Part shown: positions 53,921 to 62,748 of the stretch, one piece after another
Numbering within the stretch: position 1 is the stretch's first letter
How the letters are laid out: the number at the start of each line of letters is the position of its first letter
From: a virus
IMG/VR virus record: IMGVR_UViG_3300047560_001714
Span: 1-64,000 of that record
DNA length: 64,000 bases
Direction: 5' to 3' (one strand)
Made by a program: the position numbers and the translations under genes
The notes under the pieces: generated by a model
What the model saw: only the letters and a program-made list of their open reading frames with translations
Database searches by the model: none
Told to the model about the DNA's origin: nothing

Positions 53921-54793
53921 ATGTCAGTTATAATACTAACAAAACCCGATAAAAACGATTTTGAAACTAACAAACTTATAGAGGAATTTGAAAATCGGCA
54001 AATCCAAGTTCGGGTTTGCCAATTCAAACACTTTGACGTAATAATTAATAAAGGTATATTTTACAAAGGCAAACATATTGAACCACCAAAAGTTGTATTA
54101 GTAAGACTAGGCGCAGGAATCACTCGTAAAGAATTAGCAGTAATACGGTACTTTGAGTTATCTGGTATTAAATGTTTCAATTCTAGACATAGTATCAATT
54201 TAGTTCAAGATAAATTACATACTAGTGAAATCTTAGCACAATCAGGTATCGCAGTACCCACAACAATGGTTGTCAAATTTCCAGTAAAACATAACTTAGT
54301 TCAAACTCACATAGGATTTCCTTGTATTGTAAAAGTTGTGGTTGGGAGTTTTGGCGAAGGTGTATATATGTGCCAGACAGAACAAGAATATAATAGAATT
54401 ATAGAATTTGTGGATAGTCTTAGTACAGATAAAACTCTGATCGTTCAAGAATACTTAGGTGATAACCCAGGTACAGATTTACGAGTGTTCGTTATTGGGG
54501 GTAAGGTTATCGGTGCAATGAAAAGAACCGCACCAGTCGGTGATTTCCGGGCGAATATCACAATAGGCGGTTCTGGTGAATCATACCCAGTAAATAAAGA
54601 AATCGAAGATATTGTTCTTAATACCACTAAAATCCTTGGGTTAGATATTGCTGGCATTGACCTATTATTTGATAACCGTGGTTTCCGTGTTTGCGAAGCC
54701 AATTCGAATCCAGGATTCTCTGGGTTTAACAAATACTGCGATGTTAATATCCAAGAACACATCGTTGATTTTATACAAGGACACTTACCGTGA
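53921..54793 (+). CDS. RimK-family ATP-grasp ligase
   Basis: DKLHTSEIL, PCIVKVVVGSFGEGVY, IVQEYL, DLRVFVIGG, DFRANITIGG, AGIDLL and VCEANSNPGF; start MSVII at 53921 after AAGGA. Confidence 0.9.
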   Translation: MSVIILTKPDKNDFETNKLIEEFENRQIQVRVCQFKHFDVIINKGIFYKGKHIEPPKVVLVRLGAGITRKELAVIRYFELSGIKCFNSRHSINLVQDKLHTSEILAQSGIAVPTTMVVKFPVKHNLVQTHIGFPCIVKVVVGSFGEGVYMCQTEQEYNRIIEFVDSLSTDKTLIVQEYLGDNPGTDLRVFVIGGKVIGAMKRTAPVGDFRANITIGGSGESYPVNKEIEDIVLNTTKILGLDIAGIDLLFDNRGFRVCEANSNPGFSGFNKYCDVNIQEHIVDFIQGHLP

Positions 54794-54948
54794 AACAGAA
54801 AAAATTATTAAAAAAAGTAATGAAAGCGTCTTTAGAAAATGACACTAAAGCAATCGATAAGCTTAGAATGGAAGAATATGAAAAAATATTTGAACGTAAA
54901 GCACAAAACAAACCATTCACAACACGTTGGACACTTGTGTCAATTTAG
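54790..54948 (+). CDS. Small basic hypothetical protein MKQKKLLKKVMKAS...RWTLVSI (52 aa; not in ORF track)
   Basis: GTGA overlap with the RimK-like stop; hand-translated. Confidence 0.6.
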   Translation: MKQKKLLKKVMKASLENDTKAIDKLRMEEYEKIFERKAQNKPFTTRWTLVSI

Positions 54949-54956
54949 GATAATGC

Positions 54957-56303
54957 ATGAGAATTAAAGAATTTCTATTTGAATCAGCGGGTGGTAATAT
55001 GTTAATTAAAAATGGATTAACATACTTACCATTGGCATCTTGGTTAAAACAAGAACTCGGTGATTCACCTGATACCGAAATGGACGAAGCATTTGGGAAG
55101 TTAAACGCACCTGGTAAAGAGGTATCAGATACCAGTATTGGTGATTTCTTAAAAACGATTAAAGATGAACAATTATTAAAAATCACCAAAGAAAAATTAA
55201 ACCCAAATAATGCAAAATTCAAAAATAATCCCAAGAAATATAACGCAGCAGTCGAGAGAAAACAAGCGGCTATCGCTGAATTAGAAAAACGTGATATACA
55301 ACCAACTAATCGGTCGCCAGAACAATATAAAAAAGATTTTATTACAAAACCACATGTTCACGCAACCCCAATTAAATTCATAGATAATGGTACAGAGGTT
55401 GACGTTGAACATATTCGTAATATCATTCTTCAACGCCCAGCTGAAATACTTGGTTCAAATGCAAAAATGGACCATAGTGGCGGCGTTGACCAAGTATACT
55501 TTAAAGTCGGATTACCCGCACTTAGAGGAATGGCAATCGATGAGGAAACTGGTAAATTCATTTACGTAAACACTTGCCCAGGTGCAGGAAGTTGTAAAGT
55601 TGATTGTTTTGCTAAGAAAGGAAACTATGTGGTATTCCCAGGGGTTTGGCAGCATTCGACACAAGTGTTGAATTATTTAATAAATGATCCAGATGGATTC
55701 ATGCAACAATTACACAATGAGATATTAAAAAAAGTTAAGTTATATGAACCACAAAATATTAAAGTTGGTATAAGATGGCATGATTCCGGTGATTTCTTTA
55801 GTCCAGAATACGCTGATATGGCATACAAGTTAGCCAGAAGTCTTCCAAACGTGGATTTCTTTGCTTATACTAAATTTGCATCAGCAATGACTGCCGATAA
55901 ACCTGATAACTTTATTACTAACTGGTCAGAAGGTGCAACACCGGCACAAGATAAAGCGGTTGCATCGCACGCGGCGGAATTGGGTGATAAGTTTAAGCGT
56001 TCAATCATTGTCCCAAAAGAGGCATTTAAACACTTAGTACACAAAGTTACTCCAGTACATGCTAAGGGCAAAAAGAATGAGGTCCTTCAATCAGAGTGGA
56101 ACTCGCCCGAAGCTGAACAAGAATTTAAACAGTGGATGGCACACGCTTACAATTTACCAATTGAATCCATTATTTCATATAATGATTTGGTAAAAATGCC
56201 AAAAACTAATGAACCTAAATGGAACGTAATCGTTAAAACTGGCGACGGTGACATCAGTGCTAATCGCAGAGATGTAATCGGTACTTACCTATTTGCACAT
56301 TAA
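54957..56303 (+). CDS. GP88-like protein with Cys cluster (possible Fe-S/radical-SAM-like)
   Basis: TCPGAGSCKVDCFA and IRWHDSGDF, FFAYTK motifs; MRIKEF start. Confidence 0.65.
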   Translation: MRIKEFLFESAGGNMLIKNGLTYLPLASWLKQELGDSPDTEMDEAFGKLNAPGKEVSDTSIGDFLKTIKDEQLLKITKEKLNPNNAKFKNNPKKYNAAVERKQAAIAELEKRDIQPTNRSPEQYKKDFITKPHVHATPIKFIDNGTEVDVEHIRNIILQRPAEILGSNAKMDHSGGVDQVYFKVGLPALRGMAIDEETGKFIYVNTCPGAGSCKVDCFAKKGNYVVFPGVWQHSTQVLNYLINDPDGFMQQLHNEILKKVKLYEPQNIKVGIRWHDSGDFFSPEYADMAYKLARSLPNVDFFAYTKFASAMTADKPDNFITNWSEGATPAQDKAVASHAAELGDKFKRSIIVPKEAFKHLVHKVTPVHAKGKKNEVLQSEWNSPEAEQEFKQWMAHAYNLPIESIISYNDLVKMPKTNEPKWNVIVKTGDGDISANRRDVIGTYLFAH

Positions 56304-56317
56304 TTTAAAATAAAGAT

Positions 56318-57319
56318 ATGATTAAGAAAATACTACTCAGCCATTGGACAGCACTAATAACACTAACCTTAGTTGTGCTAGTTCGCGTAATAGATCCATC
56401 ATTTGTTGAAAGTATCCGTTTAAGATACTTCGATACATTGATAACAGCTAAAGCACCCACAGAAAACAATATTATTTCTGTTAATATAGACGAGGATGCT
56501 CTTGATAAGTATGGCCAATGGCCATTTAGTCGAGATATATACGGTTCTATAATCGAGGATTTATACCAGCGAAATGCTGGGTTAGTGGTATTCAATGTCT
56601 TAATGCCAGAAAAGGATAGACTAGGTGGTGATGCGGCATTGGCAAAAACAATCGCTAATAATCCCGTTATCATTCCAAGCGTTGCATCTATAAAATCAAA
56701 AAATACACCAAAAAACCCAGGGGCATCTGTCATTGGTGCGGATTATGCTGATATGATAGTCCAGTTTCCAGGTATAATTTCATCGATTGATATTATCAGT
56801 GAACATGCGGCTGGTGTTGGTATCATCAATACATTACCGGAAATAGATGGCGTCAATAGACGTTTACCTATGTTAGTAACCGCCAAACATACGTTGTATC
56901 CATCACTAAGTATGGAGGTTCTTCGTGTGGTGGCCGGTGATCCATCGTTTCAAGTCAAACTGAATAACTTTGGTGTTGAAAAAATGCGTATACCAGCGTT
57001 TGGTGTAATATCAACCGATTCGTTAAGTCGTGTGTGGATTGATTGGAGTCAACATAATCAAAGTATTAGTTTATCACAGCTACCAAATGATTTTGGTGGT
57101 GCGATAGTAATAGTCGGACCAACCGCCGCTGGTATTAGTAACCCAATCTCTACTCCAAAAGGTCCAATCTTCCCAAATGATATTCAAGCGGCGATGATTG
57201 GTACTATGATGAATAAAGTAACCATCAACAGACCGGACTATTCGGACGGTGCTGAAATTTTAGTTGGTGCCGTTTGTGGTATCTTGTTAATTATAGGTTC
57301 GTTATGGCGGAAGAGATAG
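56318..57319 (+). CDS. CHASE2 sensor domain + first TM; N-terminal half of a split adenylate cyclase
   Basis: IDEDALDKYGQWPFSR, VVFNVLMPEKDRLGGD, PEIDGVNRRLP and IVIVGPTAAG; ends after a single TM helix. Confidence 0.88.
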   Translation: MIKKILLSHWTALITLTLVVLVRVIDPSFVESIRLRYFDTLITAKAPTENNIISVNIDEDALDKYGQWPFSRDIYGSIIEDLYQRNAGLVVFNVLMPEKDRLGGDAALAKTIANNPVIIPSVASIKSKNTPKNPGASVIGADYADMIVQFPGIISSIDIISEHAAGVGIINTLPEIDGVNRRLPMLVTAKHTLYPSLSMEVLRVVAGDPSFQVKLNNFGVEKMRIPAFGVISTDSLSRVWIDWSQHNQSISLSQLPNDFGGAIVIVGPTAAGISNPISTPKGPIFPNDIQAAMIGTMMNKVTINRPDYSDGAEILVGAVCGILLIIGSLWRKR

Positions 57320-57349
57320 TAAATCCACTAACATTTGATAAATAATATT

Positions 57350-57922
57350 ATGAGAATATATATTATTACAAATTTATCAAACAATCATCGATATGTCGGA
57401 ATGACTACTAAAACATTAGCAGAACGGTGGGCGCAACATAAAGCGGATGCTAAGAGAAATAAACCTTGGATTTTACATAAAGCATTGCGAAAATATGGGT
57501 ATGAGAATTTCAAAATAGAATTATTAGAGGAATGTAATGCTAATTCACTGACAGAATTAGGACTTATTGAAACTAATTACATAACAACACTAAAACCAGA
57601 ATATAATATGACATCTGGTGGTGAAGGGCATAGTGGTATTTCAGCAAAAGGTGAAAAGAACGGGATGTTTAATAAAAAGCACAGTGAAGAAACAAAAGAA
57701 AAAATAAGTATCAACCGAAAAGGAAAAGGAGGACAAGTTGGGGAATTAAATCCTCGATATGGTAAACCTGGTACATTTCTCGGATGTCAGCATTCCGATG
57801 AAACTAAATCAAAAATGCGAAAACCTAAATCAATACCTAGACAACGTGTTTCTTGTGAATTCTGTGGTAGAGAAATAGCCATAAATGCAATCGGGCAGCA
57901 TAAGAGAGCACACCATGAATAA
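57350..57922 (+). mobile_element. Free-standing GIY-YIG homing endonuclease with NUMOD3 repeats, inserted in the cyclase gene
   Basis: IYIITN...RYVGMT and E...I motifs; HSEETKEKIS and HSDETKSKM repeats; own TAAATA at 57339-57344. Confidence 0.88.
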
Positions 57923-58982
57923 ACATCTAAGTTATATATTACCACTATTTTTTATTATTATAATATCATTTTTCAGTTTTCATGAATACCAAAATGAACA
58001 CATTCTGTTCGATGTAACATTTCCAGTTATAACAATTGTTCTAGTTACACTACATATTAACACTGTTCGATTTATTACAGAATTAACCCTTAAATTACAA
58101 ATAAAAAAACAATTTGGCACATACCTAAGTGCAGCATTAGTTGAAAAATTGCAGAAAAACCCAGATTTACTCCATTTAGGGGGCGACAGTAGAGAATTAT
58201 CCATTCTCTTTTCCGACGTAAGAGGATTCACATCTATCTCTGAACACTATGGCGAAGATGTCCAAGGGCTTACAAAGATTATGAATAGATATATGACAGC
58301 AATGACAGCAGAAATATTAACAAATGATGGCACACTTGACAAATATATTGGTGATGCTAAAATGGCTTTCTGGAATGCTCCACTTGATGATCCACATCAT
58401 GCAAAAAATGCTGTAAAAACCGCATTACAAATGTTAAAGAACTTGGAGAAGTTTAATAATGAAATCGAAAAAGAAGGAGTTCCAGCTTTCGGGATGGGCC
58501 TTGGTGTTAACACTGCCACTGTGGTTGTTGGCAATATGGGTAGTGATCAGCGTTTCGATTATACCTGCCTTGGTGATGGGGTTAACCTCGCGTCACGGCT
58601 TGAAGGACAATCAAAATCGTATGGGGTTAAAATCGTTCTGGGTCCGAAAACAGCCGACTATGTCAAAGACGAATACTTAGTTCTTGAACTAGACCTACTT
58701 GCAGTTAAAGGTAAAAAACAAGGTGTCACAATCTTTACGGTCTTAGGTGAGAATGATCCCAAATATACAACGCATGATATAAAAATGCATAATAGAATGC
58801 TTGAGTTATATCGCAAACAACGTTGGGATGAAGTTATTCATGCTTGCAATCCATTAAAAAAAGCTTTCAGTGGCGAAATGAAAAAGTATTATGAAATGAT
58901 GCAAGAACGTGCTACTGAATATAGCCAAACTAATAAATTTATTGAAAACTGGGATGGCGTGTACGTTGCCACAAGCAAATAG
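57915..58982 (+). CDS. Two TM helices + class III adenylate/guanylate cyclase; C-terminal half of the split gene
   Basis: ILFSDVRGFT, LDKYIGDA.MAFWNAP, GMGLGVNT...VGNMGSDQRFDYTCLGDGVNLASRLEG; restart MNKHL overlaps the endonuclease stop. Confidence 0.9.
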   Translation: MNKHLSYILPLFFIIIISFFSFHEYQNEHILFDVTFPVITIVLVTLHINTVRFITELTLKLQIKKQFGTYLSAALVEKLQKNPDLLHLGGDSRELSILFSDVRGFTSISEHYGEDVQGLTKIMNRYMTAMTAEILTNDGTLDKYIGDAKMAFWNAPLDDPHHAKNAVKTALQMLKNLEKFNNEIEKEGVPAFGMGLGVNTATVVVGNMGSDQRFDYTCLGDGVNLASRLEGQSKSYGVKIVLGPKTADYVKDEYLVLELDLLAVKGKKQGVTIFTVLGENDPKYTTHDIKMHNRMLELYRKQRWDEVIHACNPLKKAFSGEMKKYYEMMQERATEYSQTNKFIENWDGVYVATSK

Positions 58983-58990
58983 GATTATTC

Positions 58991-59857
58991 ATGAGAGCAT
59001 ACGAATTCAGCATTATAAAAGAACTAATTGAACCAAAAGCACCTGGTAATTTAAAGAAATCGACTATTACCAAAGCTGGTACTCAAGGTTCACCTGTTAA
59101 AATAAATCAACGGCAATTTACAACGTCTAAAGGAAATGTTGTAAAAGTACATTTCAAACCATTTATCGAAGATAATTTGAAAGCTGTCGATGTATCGTTT
59201 TTTGTAAATGATACAATGGATGATGAAGCAAGTGGACAACGCGATTCAGAAATTTTACCACAAGTGTTACATACTGTTCTTGCATATGCGAAAACATCAA
59301 AGGTACAACGAATTACATTTTCAGCGGTCGCTGGTAGTGGTGATACAAAAACAAAGTTCAATATACCATTAGACCGACATGTTGCATCACTTAAATCAGC
59401 AATAGCGGTATTTTATAAAAAACTGATAGCAATTGAAATTACACCAGAAATGGAAAAAGATGAATTAGATCGTGTTAATGCCATATACGCAAAAATAGGA
59501 AAGCCATTAAAAACATCAGCTACAGTAATGTACAAAGATGAATTAATCGCAGTGTTAAAACAAATCATGGATTTCATTGATAATCTAACGCCATCTGAAA
59601 ATTCTGGTAACGAATTTAATGCGTTATATCAAGAATTTATGAAATATATTAAACGAACTGATAATTGGCCCGAATTTCATGCATTGCTTAAAGAATTCAG
59701 CAATATGGCCGCAGTTCTTTATAGTTATACAAAACATGGTGCTATGATTAGCAAGAATAGAAGATTAGATCTTTATACCAAGCTGGTTCAAAGATACTTT
59801 GCAAAGGATTGGGATATTTCTATCACTGGGACGTCATTTGGACTGACTAGAAAATAA
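58991..59857 (+). CDS. Hypothetical protein (MRAYEF start)
   Basis: 288-aa ORF with AGGA RBS. Confidence 0.7.
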   Translation: MRAYEFSIIKELIEPKAPGNLKKSTITKAGTQGSPVKINQRQFTTSKGNVVKVHFKPFIEDNLKAVDVSFFVNDTMDDEASGQRDSEILPQVLHTVLAYAKTSKVQRITFSAVAGSGDTKTKFNIPLDRHVASLKSAIAVFYKKLIAIEITPEMEKDELDRVNAIYAKIGKPLKTSATVMYKDELIAVLKQIMDFIDNLTPSENSGNEFNALYQEFMKYIKRTDNWPEFHALLKEFSNMAAVLYSYTKHGAMISKNRRLDLYTKLVQRYFAKDWDISITGTSFGLTRK

Positions 59858-59867
59858 TTCTACACTT

Positions 59868-59901
59868 CGTGGGATATTGGTAGCGAATCAATATCCCACA
59901 G
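59868..59901. terminator. Hairpin between convergent transcription units
   Basis: GTGGGATATTG-gtagcgaat-CAATATCCCAC. Confidence 0.65.
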
Positions 59902-59934
59902 GTGGTAGACACCTCGCCTGCCCGTAGGCTATTA

Positions 59935-60339
59935 TTATTTATCTGTTTCACTAAAAACCTTAGACTTAGATGTAAAATCCGCTTTCCGCATAATAGACTT
60001 CAACACGACATTTCTTTCAGAACCTTTATCCCCTATAATAACAAACATAAGATTAAGATTAGATGTTGGGTCTTTCATTACTGCATGATAAGGGTTAGGT
60101 AATTTAGTGATCGCTTTAAGAGCATTGGATTTTATTCTATGCAACAATTGTAGAACTTCGTTTACTTCGATAGCTGGTTTATTACGTGGGTCATTTAACC
60201 GCTGTGCAAAATGTGTACCAAAACTTACTTTAACACCAAATGGTGACCACTGTCGATTCACATGATTTACCAATTCTTCCATTTCATAATCAGAAATATT
60301 ATTGGCATTCATATTTTCAAATAATTCACGTAACTTCAT
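59935..60339 (-). CDS. Hypothetical protein (MKLRELF start; HFAQRLNDPRN motif)
   Basis: 134-aa ORF in the minus-strand operon. Confidence 0.65.
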   Translation of the reverse strand: MKLRELFENMNANNISDYEMEELVNHVNRQWSPFGVKVSFGTHFAQRLNDPRNKPAIEVNEVLQLLHRIKSNALKAITKLPNPYHAVMKDPTSNLNLMFVIIGDKGSERNVVLKSIMRKADFTSKSKVFSETDK

Positions 60340-60725
60340 TTCTTTACTCGTCTATTGGTTGGTTTTTTAGCCAACTCTTCTTTTAATTCTTCTTTTATTT
60401 CTTCAGCTAAATCTTCTTTGGCCTCTTTCTTTTCTTTGTCATGGAAATTTTGATTGATTAAATACTCAGCCTCAATACGTTCCCATTCAAGTGTTTTTCC
60501 ACGAAGGTGTAAAACTGTATTAACTTTTTGATTTAGACGAATAAGGTCATTATCCAATACTCTGATACGATCAATCAATGCCACTAGTACGGTATTTGCT
60601 TCACCAATTACTGGCTTTACTTCTTTGGTTGACCATTCCCAGACATATTTGATAATATATCCCATTCCAACCGCCATAACAATTGGGAATCCAAACTTAT
60701 TAATTAGATCGGTGACTTTTTCCAT
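60336..60725 (-). CDS. Single-TM membrane protein with coiled-coil, paralogue of 61133-61414
   Basis: LINKFGFPIVMA / LIDRIRVLDNDLIR parallels LISELGMPIVAA / LDNRVRTMTHEVVR. Confidence 0.7.
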   Translation of the reverse strand: MEKVTDLINKFGFPIVMAVGMGYIIKYVWEWSTKEVKPVIGEANTVLVALIDRIRVLDNDLIRLNQKVNTVLHLRGKTLEWERIEAEYLINQNFHDKEKKEAKEDLAEEIKEELKEELAKKPTNRRVKK

Positions 60726-61129
60726 TATTCACAGTTCCATCTGCTTCTAGCTTTACAGATTGGTTTATCTGGCGTGGATGAACAATCGATGTGGTGCATT
60801 TTCTTTTGACCATTTGATCTTGCACAAAAGCTACTTCTACGTTTTGAATCCTTACTACCTTTTTTTAATTTACTTGGATCAGTGGTCACTGCTGTTTTTA
60901 ACTTTGAACCAGGGTTTTCTTTTTTATACGCGTTGACCGCTTTTTTACTCATCCCATCAGTGTTATCTTTCTTATTAACAGATTGCCAATCTTCCTCAAT
61001 CCCTTCGTTACTTGGTACACAGTTTGGAACAGTTTTACCACTTTTCTTTTTTGTACCAACTGGATGATACCCTTTCCAACAAGGGTTTTTAGTTTTTAAA
61101 CTTTCTGTAATTATTTCTGCAACTTTCAT
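60725..61129 (-). CDS. Basic hypothetical protein with KNPCWKGY...VPNCVP and RRSSFCAR motifs
   Basis: Motifs recurrent in large-phage head-associated proteins; MKVAEI start. Confidence 0.65.
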   Translation of the reverse strand: MKVAEIITESLKTKNPCWKGYHPVGTKKKSGKTVPNCVPSNEGIEEDWQSVNKKDNTDGMSKKAVNAYKKENPGSKLKTAVTTDPSKLKKGSKDSKRRSSFCARSNGQKKMHHIDCSSTPDKPICKARSRWNCE

Positions 61130-61132
61130 ATT

Positions 61133-61414
61133 CTAATCTCGTCTGGAATCTGTTTTACCGTCAGAACGTGCAATACGCTCTAAATCGGGCTTTAACCCAA
61201 TTGCACTACTAATCAAAGCATCAACCCGAACAACCTCATGTGTCATAGTTCTAACACGATTATCAAGGCCAGTAATAATCCCAGCCATTCCTTTGATAGA
61301 ACCAAGCACCCCTTGTAACAATAATTTTATGGTTAGATACACAAAATATCCACCAGCTAATGCCGCTACGATTGGCATACCCAATTCTGAAATTAGTTTA
61401 AATATATCATCCAT
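61133..61414 (-). CDS. Single-TM membrane protein
   Basis: See paralogue 60336-60725. Confidence 0.7.
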   Translation of the reverse strand: MDDIFKLISELGMPIVAALAGGYFVYLTIKLLLQGVLGSIKGMAGIITGLDNRVRTMTHEVVRVDALISSAIGLKPDLERIARSDGKTDSRRD

Positions 61415-61419
61415 ATCAA

Positions 61420-62004
61420 TTACTCCGTAATATCGTATTTATCGTTCTTACCGAGTTTTCTAAATGCCCATATACGCTCGTTACATTGCCAACACATATT
61501 ACACGGCGTTAATGCCTGTTCCGTACAAGAATGGGTTATGTTCAACAACGGTTCAATATTATATGCATATACCATCTCAATAATATGTGTTTTATATAGA
61601 TCAAAAAACGGAACTTTTAAATTTTCAACATTAGATGTATCAACCCTTACCGGTGCTAGACCCACTAACGGTTCTGGTGGGATTGCATTAGTTCCCATAT
61701 ATATCACATCGATCTCTGGGTGGGATTCTATAATATCAAAATATGCCGAACGAGTTTGCTGGGTATGATGTAATATACTGTCGCCAACTGGGATAGTTGG
61801 TGGTAAGCTGATACCAAACATATCATTAAAGTAATCTAAAATCTTTGGTACAAACTCATATGATCTATCAGATTTCTCAATAGTAAATGGTTGAATATAT
61901 GGCGTTATCTGTTTATTTTTACATTCTAGTAACATCAAATAAAGTAACACAGCACTATCAAGCCCACCACTTAACAGTATTCCATATTTCAAATCAGCTG
62001 TCAT
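61420..62004 (-). CDS. QueC-like PP-loop ATPase (7-cyano-7-deazaguanine synthase family)
   Basis: LLSGGLDS PP-loop; C-terminal HSC...PCNMCWQC zinc site; start reassigned to MTADLKY at 62004. Confidence 0.75.
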   Translation of the reverse strand: MTADLKYGILLSGGLDSAVLLYLMLLECKNKQITPYIQPFTIEKSDRSYEFVPKILDYFNDMFGISLPPTIPVGDSILHHTQQTRSAYFDIIESHPEIDVIYMGTNAIPPEPLVGLAPVRVDTSNVENLKVPFFDLYKTHIIEMVYAYNIEPLLNITHSCTEQALTPCNMCWQCNERIWAFRKLGKNDKYDITE

Positions 62005-62062
62005 GTCTATAGTTATATTCATATAAATATTTATATCTATCACTATTACCATTAATAACATC

Positions 62063-62218
62063 ATGAAAAAATTATTATCATTATTATCCAGCATTGGTAC
62101 TATCTTATTGTTCATCGTATTCTTCGTTGCGGCATATGTATCATTTACATCGTGTTACCACATAATAGCCGATCAACAAAAAAATGAAATAAAAATTGTG
62201 TTGTTTAAAAGGTCTTGA
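62063..62218 (+). CDS. Small membrane protein MKKLLSLLSSIGTILLF... (51 aa; not in ORF track)
   Basis: Hand-translated; TAAATA 62024-62029 upstream. Confidence 0.5.
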   Translation: MKKLLSLLSSIGTILLFIVFFVAAYVSFTSCYHIIADQQKNEIKIVLFKRS

Positions 62219-62277
62219 TTTGTATATCATTGACATAAATACTCCCATCAATGCATTGAGAAATATTTAAAAAGTCG

Positions 62278-62305
62278 TTGACAATTAGTTTTATTCGTGT
62301 ATAAT
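62278..62305 (+). promoter_or_regulatory. sigma70-type promoter of ssrA
   Basis: TTGACA-N16-TATAAT. Confidence 0.8.
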
Positions 62306-62311
62306 ATACTC

Positions 62312-62710
62312 AACTTAGCAACAATAAGCATATTAGATTTATTAGTGTGCTTATTATTGTTGTAATTCCTTCAAAGTGAAGGCATTCAAGACGGGGGTTC
62401 GACTCCCCCCAGTTCCACCATAAAACACATTAGAGGTATCAGAGTGGGGCCATAGCCATAAACTTCCTGCCCCCCCCTAAAAGGGAAGTGCTAGTGTGTT
62501 TTATAATGGGGCTGTCATGGTTTCGATTGGGTGAGATAATGGAGACGGCAACAGGTGAGGTGACTGTCCTAAACAGCGCAAAACAAGTAATCGCAAACGA
62601 TTCAAATTTCGAATTCTATACATTAGATAACATCGATTTAGATGTTATGGCTGCTTAATAACCAGCCGATTCCGGGGCATGTATGCCCTGTTACCTAAAA
62701 TACAACTAAG
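62312..62710 (+). ncRNA. ssrA: Circularly permuted (two-piece) tmRNA
   Basis: Acceptor piece ends GGGGGTTCGACTCCCCCCAGTTCCACCA (to 62420); hairpin-closed spacer 62421-62507; coding piece starts GGGGCTG at 62508 with G3.U70; tag ANDSNFEFYTLDNIDLDVMAA* at 62593-62658; outer ends approximate. Confidence 0.92.
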
Positions 62711-62733
62711 CTGCCTTCGGGCAGCTTTTTTTA
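62709..62733 (+). terminator. Rho-independent terminator after ssrA
   Basis: AGCTGCC-ttcg-GGCAGCT followed by a T-run. Confidence 0.88.
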
Positions 62734-62748
62734 CATCAAATATCATAG

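Noticed and set aside
57300-57930. Group I intron or intein around the GIY-YIG gene
   Set aside because: Only about 30 nt upstream and none downstream of the endonuclease ORF, so no space for a P3-P9 core; the three ORFs are not one continuous frame, so not an intein
62385-62420. Stand-alone tRNA-Ala
   Set aside because: Has only a T-arm and acceptor 3' strand; the 5' strand lies downstream at 62508 and there is no anticodon arm, so it is the tmRNA acceptor piece
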